NCBI GenBank assembly: GCA_963674745.2
Contig: CAXXDV010000001.1
Span: 2,112,001 to 2,176,000, forward strand
From: Desulfosudaceae bacterium
GTDB taxonomy: Bacteria; Desulfobacterota; Desulfobacteria; Desulfobacterales; Desulfosudaceae
Length of the DNA stretch: 64,000 bases
Direction: 5' to 3'
This document shows, piece after piece, positions 1 to 6,556 of the stretch. The notes beneath the pieces were generated by a model. The model had not been told where the DNA came from. It made no database searches and saw nothing but the letters and a program-made list of their open reading frames with translations. Both the position numbers and the translations under genes were made by a program. Numbering within the stretch: the stretch's first letter is position 1; every line of letters begins with the position of its first letter.

Positions 1-119
1 ATTACAATTTACCTTTACTGGCCGAAAAATTCAACTTGGTGACAATTACCATTTTGGCAACGAATGTCGATTTCAGCCAAAATTCTTTTTTTTATTTTTT
101 TCCCGTACAGAATCAGTGC
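1..119 (-). other. Partial ORF-less gene cassette (cassette 10), homologous to the cassette at 850-1127
   Basis: 1-126 aligns with ~1010-1134 (shared ctttactg, tggtgacaatt, tggcaacgaa, caaaattc(T)8a(T)6-7cccgtacaga, agtgcacttaac). Confidence 0.85.
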
Positions 120-246
120 ACTTAACGGCGGCAGCCAAAGCAGCCAGGGCTTCCACCGCCTTTATTAAAGTTGTTTGCTATTTAAGTCCCCCGGCTGTTC
201 AGAAACGCGCCCGCCCTGGCTGTCGTTTTGCGCTGCCTTGTTGGGA
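120..246 (-). repeat. attC site, family A (cassette 9)
   Basis: acttaac...cagccaaagcagccagggc...gccctggctgtcgttttgcgctg...gttggga, an imperfect palindrome. Confidence 0.93.
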
Positions 247-719
247 AATCTCCTTTTTAAACCAATTCGAATGCATACGACCAAGAGGTATGCAACCCCA
301 AAAACGAATATGAGCCATGCAAACTGGAGCCCGACGATAGTCCACATGCCAACTCCGGGGACGAGTGTCGCATTACTTGCGTTTGTAGGATCGTAGAAGA
401 CGACAACATATTCGTCAATTTTGTACTTCCGAAAAATATCCTTGGCGTCCATGTCATCGCCAAAAGAACGCACGCTTGACACATAAGAGTGGCCATCGAT
501 AGTGTAGCGGTAGGTGACGATTGGAGAGTTACTAATCGGCCTTCCTTGTGACGTCCGTTCATAATCAACACGAAGAATGGTTCCCTCAGTCTTAATCCAT
601 GATTCGCTTGCTTGCGCCTTGTGTAGGTTCTCGTATTCCAGGCACAGCAGAACGCCGCCCAACGCGATAAAGAAAACCGCCAAGGCAACTGCACGCAATG
701 CTGATGGTTGTTCCTTCAT
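165..719 (-). CDS. Cassette gene: DUF3592-like two-TM membrane protein; its 3' end runs into the attC
   Basis: N-terminal TM, W-x-x-T-x-G-x-I, 'VTYRYTIDGHSY', 'VFYDPTNASNATL', C-terminal TM. Confidence 0.8.
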   Translation of the reverse strand: MKEQPSALRAVALAVFFIALGGVLLCLEYENLHKAQASESWIKTEGTILRVDYERTSQGRPISNSPIVTYRYTIDGHSYVSSVRSFGDDMDAKDIFRKYKIDEYVVVFYDPTNASNATLVPGVGMWTIVGLQFAWLIFVFGVAYLLVVCIRIGLKRRFPNKAAQNDSQGGRVSEQPGDLNSKQL

Positions 720-723
720 TCAT

Positions 724-849
724 TCCCAACGTCTGCAGCCAAAGTAGCCAGGGCTTCCAGTGACTGACTTTAAGGTGGTTGATGTTCAATTTCCCCCGAA
801 TGTTCAAAAGCCGAATGCCCTGGCTATCATTTGGGCTGCTTGGTTAAGT
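724..849 (-). repeat. attC site, family A (cassette 8)
   Basis: tcccaac...gcagccaaagtagccagggc...gccctggctatcatttgggctgc...gttaagt. Confidence 0.95.
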
Positions 850-1127
850 GCCCGCATAATTCTGAAAGACTTTAACGACAGCATGGGCAAATAAATGAAA
901 ATGATATTTTTCTTTTTACGCCTTGTCCATCATGAACTTATGAAAACGGGCAGGTCTCTTTTCATCCGGACAAATATAGGCGCAAAATCAAACAGTCCCG
1001 CCAGATCAAAATACAGCTTATCTTTACTGATTAAAAATATCAATCTGGTGACAATTTCCATAGTGGCAACGAAGATCATTTTTCGTCAAAATTCTTTTTT
1101 TTATTTTTTCCCGTACAGATTAAGTGC
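850..1127 (-). other. ORF-less gene cassette (cassette 8); candidate promoter or structured-RNA cassette
   Basis: Bounded by complementary cores gttaagtgc (843-851) and gcacttaac (1126-1134). Only a ~49-codon minus-strand ORF is present, and it is interrupted in the homologue. Contains nested inverted repeats. Confidence 0.8.
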
Positions 1128-1251
1128 ACTTAACGTCCGCCACCACCGGCGAGCAGGGTTTGCGGACTTCGCTAAAGTGAGTTCAACTCCAAACTACGCC
1201 AAAACCAAAGCCGGCCGCCCCTGCGAGTCTGCGTGGGTGGTGTTGTTATAT
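1128..1251 (-). repeat. attC site, family B (cassette 7)
   Basis: acttaacgtccgccaccaccggcgagcaggg...ccctgcgagtctgcgtgggtgg...gttatat; closely similar to 2460-2584. Confidence 0.92.
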
Positions 1252-1686
1252 TTAAAAAAAATCTAATTGCGATATTACAGCCGCCAAAATAATTGCAATA
1301 ATAATTGCGCCTAATGCAAGTGCCAAAAACTGGAAGGCTATTGCCCCGCCTCCAAGAACTGCGGCCCCTCCGGCAACTCTGAGAGATTCGTTTTTAATAA
1401 AAGCCACAACTGCAATGATAATCGCTATGCCACCCAAGAGCGCTGTGATCACATCAATTATTTTGTCTGCATCCCATTTCGACGACCATTTTTCTTCTTT
1501 CACTTCTTTACCTTTGAGGGCAGCAACTGTCGCATCTCTTATGGCAACTGCTTTTTCAGCAATGGTTTGCTCTAACTTCGGCTGTGGTGCGAAAGGTCCT
1601 GCGTAAAAATGGAATAAAGCCAACAGCAAAGCAATTGACCCGATAATAACACCGATAATTCCGATCTTTGATTTCTCTTCGTCCAT
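1252..1686 (-). CDS. Cassette gene: YidI-like inner membrane protein (start moved to the ATG at 1686, inside the cassette)
   Basis: 'GSIALLLALFHFYAGPFAPQP..EQTIAEKA..IR...A.LKGK...D.DKI...GGGAIAF' matches my recollection of E. coli YidI. The longer ORF-track start lies inside an attC. Confidence 0.75.
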   Translation of the reverse strand: MDEEKSKIGIIGVIIGSIALLLALFHFYAGPFAPQPKLEQTIAEKAVAIRDATVAALKGKEVKEEKWSSKWDADKIIDVITALLGGIAIIIAVVAFIKNESLRVAGGAAVLGGGAIAFQFLALALGAIIIAIILAAVISQLDFF

Positions 1687-1699
1687 TGTTGTCCCTAAA

Positions 1700-1826
1700 A
1701 TATAACGTCTGAAGCCAATGGCAGCCAGGGCTTCCACTAACTTGGTTAAGGATTTTGGTTGTTCAACTTCCCCGGCTGTTCAAAACCCGGGTGCCCTGGC
1801 TGTCCACTTGAGCTTCGTTGTTATGT
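1700..1826 (-). repeat. attC site, family A (cassette 6)
   Basis: atataac...gaagccaatggcagccagggc...gccctggctgtccacttgagcttc...gttatgt. Confidence 0.94.
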
Positions 1827-1831
1827 CAAAA

Positions 1832-2446
1832 TCATTTATTTGTTTTTTCGGTCTCTTCAATATTTTCTGGTTTAACTTTAATATTCATAATTCGGTTCAT
1901 TTCTTTTGCAATTTTCTTGTCTTGACGTTTATGTTTGTTCGCTTTTAATTTGTCGTTAACATAATCGCGAATGACGTCCAAAATTCTCCACGCCTTTGCA
2001 CCGTCTAAGGGTTCGATTGGCATAAGATTAAATAGAATCATCCATAGGTTTGCACCTATGAAAGCATGATAGATTTGGAAAGTATATATATTCGTTGGGG
2101 GGCCGAAAATCATGATCGCAATTTGTGCGAGAGCCATTAAAACCAATTGTGCAAGTATGCCACCCCAAGATATGATGGTTTCTTGCATTTCAGTAGCTTC
2201 GCCGGCCCATCTGCAATACCCGCCAATGCCCTGAAGAACAATTTCTTCAACCCAGAAACCGAATTTTCGTATTATGATTGCATGACCAAATTCATGAGCT
2301 ATAACTAAGAAGAGAAAAGCAATCCAGAAGATTGGCATAAAATCGAGCCTGCCAAATAAAAATGCACATAGGATTACTGTCCAATGTATCCTAATCGGGG
2401 CATCGTTCCATTCGCCAATTATTAAAGAGTCTTTTGTAAGTTCCAT
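1832..2446 (-). CDS. Cassette gene: peptidase M50 (site-2 protease) family intramembrane metalloprotease
   Basis: HEFGH zinc motif, NLMPIEPLDG motif, 'IRIHWT' N-terminus, multiple TMs. Confidence 0.92.
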   Translation of the reverse strand: MELTKDSLIIGEWNDAPIRIHWTVILCAFLFGRLDFMPIFWIAFLFLVIAHEFGHAIIIRKFGFWVEEIVLQGIGGYCRWAGEATEMQETIISWGGILAQLVLMALAQIAIMIFGPPTNIYTFQIYHAFIGANLWMILFNLMPIEPLDGAKAWRILDVIRDYVNDKLKANKHKRQDKKIAKEMNRIMNIKVKPENIEETEKTNK

Positions 2447-2459
2447 GTTTTCTGTAGTG

Positions 2460-2584
2460 ACATAACGTCCGCCACCACCGGCGAGCAGGGATTGCGGACT
2501 TCGCTAAAGTGAGTTTTAACTCCGAATTATGCCAAAACCAAGGCCGCGCGCCCCTGCGAGTCCGGGTGAGTGGCATTGTTATCT
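2460..2584 (-). repeat. attC site, family B (cassette 5)
   Basis: acataacgtccgccaccaccggcgagcaggg...cccctgcgagtccgggtgagtggc...gttatct. Confidence 0.93.
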
Positions 2585-2923
2585 GTTTATTATTTTTCCT
2601 GTTTGCCCATCAATTTTAACGCCAAGGCTCGCCGAGGATGAATTTGACCCCCAAAAAGCATCATGAACATAATAATACCTTGAGTCAGCATAAAGATGCC
2701 AAACATGTTTCATTGAAAGCATCGGAGGTTTTTTGTGTAGTACAATCATATATGCCTCCTCAGGTGTAATTTTAAAACCATTTGGTGGTTCAATATTTTC
2801 AGTTGGAAAGTTTTTCTCAGTCCAAACCGGATAAATATCATCGTAGTAGGAGCAAATGGACGATAAGCACCCAGTTCCAAACAGTAAAACTAATAAAAAA
2901 AATAATATTCTATATTTCTTCAT
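2579..2923 (-). CDS. Cassette gene: hypothetical lipoprotein
   Basis: MKK, hydrophobic stretch and FGTGC lipobox. The stop TAA overlaps the attC R'' box, as is typical for cassettes. Confidence 0.75.
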   Translation of the reverse strand: MKKYRILFFLLVLLFGTGCLSSICSYYDDIYPVWTEKNFPTENIEPPNGFKITPEEAYMIVLHKKPPMLSMKHVWHLYADSRYYYVHDAFWGSNSSSASLGVKIDGQTGKIINR

Positions 2924-2927
2924 ATAC

Positions 2928-3052
2928 AGATAACGGCGGCAGCCAAAGTAGCCAGGGCTTTCTCCGACTGCCTTAAAGATGGTTAATGTTCAATTTTCCC
3001 CGAATTTTCGAACCCGAGTGCCCTGGCTGTCATTTGGGCTGCTTGGTTGTGC
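2928..3052 (-). repeat. attC site, family A (cassette 4)
   Basis: agataac...gcagccaaagtagccagggc...gccctggctgtcatttgggctgc...gttgtgc. Confidence 0.95.
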
Positions 3053-3319
3053 GAAAATATATTTTATAGTGATTCACAAAAATTTGCAGGGCTTTTCGTT
3101 ACAAAGTTTTGCAAAAAAGTACAGAAACCGTTTTTCATCTTTTCCGGATTGACTGGCGAATTCAAAAAATCCATTTTCCGGCTGATCAGAAACGCATGAT
3201 CTGATCGATGCCGGTGGTTCATTCGCAAAGATGAAAAATATATCTTTTTTCCCCTTTGTTTCAAATTCATCCTGCCAAAAATTATCGAGTAGCTCGATTT
3301 TCCAAAAAGCGTTTTATAC
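3053..3319 (-). other. Probably ORF-less gene cassette (cassette 4) with a multi-stem fold; the 68-aa ORF 3064-3270 is doubtful
   Basis: Cores gttgtgcg and cgcacaac. A perfect 12-bp inverted repeat (3131-3142/3227-3238) encloses two hairpins. Confidence 0.7.
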
Positions 3320-3447
3320 GCACAACGCCTTCAGCCAAAGGGCGCCAGGGCTTTCTCTGACTGACTTAAAGATGGATAATGTTCAATTCAGCACGGCTGT
3401 TCAAAATCCTAATGCCCTGGCGATCCTTTTGCGCTGAATTGTTATCC
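3320..3447 (-). repeat. attC site, family A (cassette 3)
   Basis: gcacaac...tcagccaaagggcgccagggc...gccctggcgatccttttgcgctga...gttatcc. Confidence 0.95.
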
Positions 3448-3873
3448 CTTCATTTGTTTATATAAATTATTATCCCATGGGTGTCCCCAAGGCCCATCTA
3501 CTTTTATTGCTTTCGAATACCCGTATTTTTGTCCCTTGATGATCATTGAAAAGGGTTCGTCATCAAGAAGTGCTAATGGGGATGCACCATCATTATGCCA
3601 TAGGACTTCTAATTGGCGATTGGCTATGTCAGAGATGACTGCACTTTCATGCGAATATCCAGAAACGAGGGGAGGGGCGCCTTGGCCATTATAAAGTTTT
3701 TTAAATTCTGATAATTCCATTAACTCCTGTAGGCTGCAAATTGGAGATGTTGCAATAACTTGCTTCTCTTGAATGTCATGAAGATACATCCAAACAGTTC
3801 TTTCGTCGCTTTCAATAATACAGTAATAATTACCATCGGGACTGTACGATTCTATGTAAATTTTTTCATTCAT
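3442..3873 (-). CDS. Cassette gene: hypothetical protein resembling DUF2251 or the N-terminal domain of SuFu-type immunity proteins
   Basis: 'SPDG..CIIESDERTVWMYL', 'LEVLWHNDG', 'GYSK', 'WGHPWD'. The family link is from memory only. Confidence 0.6.
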   Translation of the reverse strand: MNEKIYIESYSPDGNYYCIIESDERTVWMYLHDIQEKQVIATSPICSLQELMELSEFKKLYNGQGAPPLVSGYSHESAVISDIANRQLEVLWHNDGASPLALLDDEPFSMIIKGQKYGYSKAIKVDGPWGHPWDNNLYKQMKG

Positions 3874-3880
3874 TGTGTAG

Positions 3881-4008
3881 GGATAACGTCTTCAGCCAGA
3901 GGGCGCCAGGGCTTACTCCGACTGACTTATAGATGGTTTATGTTCAATTCAGCACAGCTGTTCAAAACCCGAGTGCCCTGGCGATCCTACTGGGCTGAAT
4001 TGTTCGAC
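3881..4008 (-). repeat. attC site, family A (cassette 2)
   Basis: ggataac...tcagccagagggcgccagggc...gccctggcgatcctactgggctga...gttcgac; the extra unpaired bases lie on the R''-L'' arm. Confidence 0.95.
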
Positions 4009-4017
4009 CAGAAAAAT

Positions 4018-4278
4018 TTATTGAATTCGCCGTATTGCAGCATCACGGACTTGCCGAAACAGTAGCTTTGCTCGATCGATAAAAAACAAATATGTTCCTG
4101 CTAACACAATTGCTGTAACGATGGCAGTTCCAATAAATATCCAAATTGGTCCTTTCTCAATCACAAATTGCTCGAATCCCAACGCGGCTAATCCTGCGAG
4201 CCACATAAGAACGAATACGCGCCTCATTAGCCGTGCAAAATCGTCCTCATCATTTATTTTGATTCGTTTCAGTCCCAT
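4018..4278 (-). CDS. Cassette gene: small two-TM hypothetical protein
   Basis: An 86-aa ORF that fills the cassette and has two hydrophobic segments. Confidence 0.75.
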   Translation of the reverse strand: MGLKRIKINDEDDFARLMRRVFVLMWLAGLAALGFEQFVIEKGPIWIFIGTAIVTAIVLAGTYLFFIDRAKLLFRQVRDAAIRRIQ

Positions 4279-4293
4279 TGTTTATTCTTGTAG

Positions 4294-4423
4294 GTCGAAC
4301 GTCTTCAGCCAAAGGGCGCCAGGGCTTACTCTGACTGATTTAAAAGTCGATTAATATTCAACTCAGCACGGCTGATCAAAAACCCGAATGCCCTGGCGAT
4401 CCTCTTGCGCTGAATTGTTCTGC
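4294..4423 (-). repeat. attC site, family A (cassette 1)
   Basis: gtcgaac...tcagccaaagggcgccagggc...gccctggcgatcctcttgcgctga...gttctgc. Confidence 0.95.
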
Positions 4424-4427
4424 GCCC

Positions 4428-4841
4428 TTATTTCCAGAATTGCCACCTCGTTCTGATCATTGCTGAGTGGACTATCTTCTCTGCTTGCATACGTGCCTCA
4501 ACAGAATCCGCTTTATAGCCAATATAGTTTCCTTTGATGCCTACAGCTTTTGGCTCAAGGCTATAAACACCTTTTCGTTCTGTTCGAATAACTTGGCGCA
4601 CATCAGTTGTGATCGTCGTGAGTGATATTATCTGTTCGACCCCAAGATTGGAAAGGGTGTACTTAATCTGTTCGTGGGCCAATTCCTCGGTTTCTGCCAG
4701 GGTCCGGCACCATATTACGAAATTAAGTTCAGCTGTATCTGGTTCGTGATCCTCATCAAAACCAATGGCTAATACAATTCCAGTGTCAGGGAATTCGTCG
4801 CTGATGTCATTAATTATAGCCGTACAATAAAATGGATGCAT
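4428..4841 (-). CDS. First (attI-proximal) cassette gene: hypothetical protein with a C-terminal RWQFWK tail
   Basis: A 137-aa ORF that fills the cassette, with an aromatic/basic C-terminal tail. Confidence 0.75.
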   Translation of the reverse strand: MHPFYCTAIINDISDEFPDTGIVLAIGFDEDHEPDTAELNFVIWCRTLAETEELAHEQIKYTLSNLGVEQIISLTTITTDVRQVIRTERKGVYSLEPKAVGIKGNYIGYKADSVEARMQAEKIVHSAMIRTRWQFWK

Positions 4842-4854
4842 AATGTTACAATTC

Positions 4855-4885
4855 GCAGAACAATGTTATTAGATAGAATTTCTCG
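4855..4885 (-). other. attI site (crossover G|TT at 4861/4860)
   Basis: The minus strand reads ...ttctatctaataacattG|TTCTGCG. The core matches the first cassette's R'' (gttctgcg, 4417-4424), and there is no attC palindrome upstream. Confidence 0.85.
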
Positions 4886-4937
4886 ATTACATCCCCTTTG
4901 GATATAATTAGCTATAATTTTTATTAATTACAAGCGA

Positions 4938-4966
4938 ATTGTATTTAGACCTATTTTCATAGACAA
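4938..4966 (-). promoter_or_regulatory. Candidate Pc cassette promoter TTGTCT-N17-TACAAT
   Basis: Plus-strand attgta (4938-4943) and agacaa (4961-4966) with a 17-nt spacer, pointing into attI about 75 nt downstream. Confidence 0.6.
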
Positions 4967-5115
4967 ATAAATAAAAATCAAATTATTATGTTAGATATTG
5001 CCAAATCATAATAATTTTGCGATTCTTGATTTCGTGCCATATGGGCGTCTTAGTCGGAAATTCTCGATAAAAAATTTTTTACTTATCAATTCATTTTCAG
5101 GTTCAGGGAGGAACT

Positions 5116-6447
5116 ATGGATGAATTCACCAACTATCTGTTATCAAAAGCAATAGTCCCCCAGAAGCAGGTCCGGTATTATGTGAGCTGGTTAAAAACGT
5201 TTTTTCGTTTAATCGGTAAAGACCCGTCCGAGAATGTGTCTTCTGAAGAAATTAATCAGTTCTTAAAAAACCTGGCTAAAAGATCAGAGGGCTGGCAGGT
5301 AAAGCAGGCCGAACAGGCGATTCGAATTTTTCGTTATTACCAGGGCCGGCAGAAGGCGCCGGCTATTCCTGATGGCAGTGCGCATCAGCAGTGGAAAATT
5401 GCGTCACAAGAGATGAGAAATATGATCCGTTTGAAGCAGTTATCCTTGAAAACGGAAAAAACGTATTTCTCCTGGTTGAGACAGTTTTATGGCTATCTGA
5501 AAGGGGCTTCTCCGTATTCCCTTGACGACACCCACATTACAAATTTTCTGACGCATCTGGCAGTTGAAAGGAATATTGCGGCTTCCACTCAGGATCAGGC
5601 ATTTAACGCCCTGTTGTTTTTCTACCGGCATGTACTGGATAAAGAAGTCAGTCATCTGGGTGACGTGGTGCGATCAAAAAAAAGAAAGTGGCTTCCGGTG
5701 GTACTGACAAGGGATGAAGTGTCTCGTTTGTTTGAAAATATGCAGGGTGTAAGCCGGCTGATGGCGAAGGTAATTTATAGCGGCGGATTGCGACTTCAGG
5801 AATGCGTCAGGTTGAGAGTCAAGGATATTGATTTTGAACGCGACACGTTGGTGATCAAATTTGCCAAGGGCAATAAAGACAGAGAAACCTTGCTCGCAGG
5901 ATCCATAAGGGAAGACCTGAAAAACCACCTTGAAAAAGTGAAGGCGCTTTATGACCTGGACAGGGAAAATGACACACCGGGCGTGGAAATGCCCAACGCT
6001 CTGGATCGGAAGTATCCCAATGCCGGAAAAGAATGGCCCTGGCAATGGGTGTTCCCCTCGCAAACCTTGTCCAAAGACCCCCGTTCAAAAATTATCAGGC
6101 GGCATCATGTGCATTCGTCAAATTTGCAGAAACAGATCAAAACCGCCGCATTCAAGGCGGGTATCGCAAAACGGGTAACAACGCATACATTGCGGCACAG
6201 CTTTGCCACCCATTTACTGGAAGACGGTTATGATATCCGAACCATTCAGGAATTGTTAGGCCATGCCAGCCTGAAAACCACCATGATATATACCCATGTG
6301 GCCCAAAAAAACCGGCTGGGTGTGAGAAGCCCGCTGGATTCAATCCGGGAAAGCCCGGGATACAACTGCGCTAAGAGCGCCATGGTTTATATCCATGCAG
6401 ACCGGAAAAACCGGTTGTACGTGAAAAGTCCGCTGGACCGGTTGTAA
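5116..6447 (+). CDS. intI: Integron integrase, long form with an extra N-terminal SAM-like domain and a duplicated C-terminal segment
   Basis: R (GLRLQE), K (KGNKDR), HTLRHSFATHLL, LGH...TTMIYTH, and the integron-specific insert 'PNALDRKYPNAGKEWPWQWVFPS...DPRS...RRHH'. RBS GGAGG. Confidence 0.97.
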   Translation: MDEFTNYLLSKAIVPQKQVRYYVSWLKTFFRLIGKDPSENVSSEEINQFLKNLAKRSEGWQVKQAEQAIRIFRYYQGRQKAPAIPDGSAHQQWKIASQEMRNMIRLKQLSLKTEKTYFSWLRQFYGYLKGASPYSLDDTHITNFLTHLAVERNIAASTQDQAFNALLFFYRHVLDKEVSHLGDVVRSKKRKWLPVVLTRDEVSRLFENMQGVSRLMAKVIYSGGLRLQECVRLRVKDIDFERDTLVIKFAKGNKDRETLLAGSIREDLKNHLEKVKALYDLDRENDTPGVEMPNALDRKYPNAGKEWPWQWVFPSQTLSKDPRSKIIRRHHVHSSNLQKQIKTAAFKAGIAKRVTTHTLRHSFATHLLEDGYDIRTIQELLGHASLKTTMIYTHVAQKNRLGVRSPLDSIRESPGYNCAKSAMVYIHADRKNRLYVKSPLDRL

Positions 6448-6556
6448 CGGCTCAGTGTGTTTTCCTGTTGACACCCGCGTAGGTGTTTAATAATTTTGTC
6501 CTTTACCCGTCGGCAGGGAGGCTGACGCGACGGGCCGATAAGAATAACTTTTCAAG

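Larger units (their letters stand above)
1..6447. mobile_element. Integron (intI + attI + cassette array continuing beyond the left edge of the window)
   Basis: Integron-type tyrosine recombinase divergent from an AT-richer run of short minus-strand ORFs. The ORFs are separated by nine ~125-bp imperfect palindromes bounded by AAC...GTT. Confidence 0.97.

Noticed and set aside
895..1266. 123-aa plus-strand ORF (also 116-313, 1718-1948, 3231-3437, 3760-4065, 4121-4354)
   Set aside because: These are antisense to the array and run through attC sites. Their shared peptide motifs (e.g. SQRAPG) are just translated attC repeats.
120..4423. Regularly spaced repeats as a CRISPR array
   Set aside because: The repeats are ~125-bp palindromes separated by 270-630 bp gene-sized units next to intI. 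They are attC sites, and no cas genes are present.
4862..5115. LexA box or PintI promoter upstream of intI
   Set aside because: I could not identify a convincing CTGT-N8-ACAG, GAAC-N4-GTTC or well-spaced -35/-10 pair on the plus strand.
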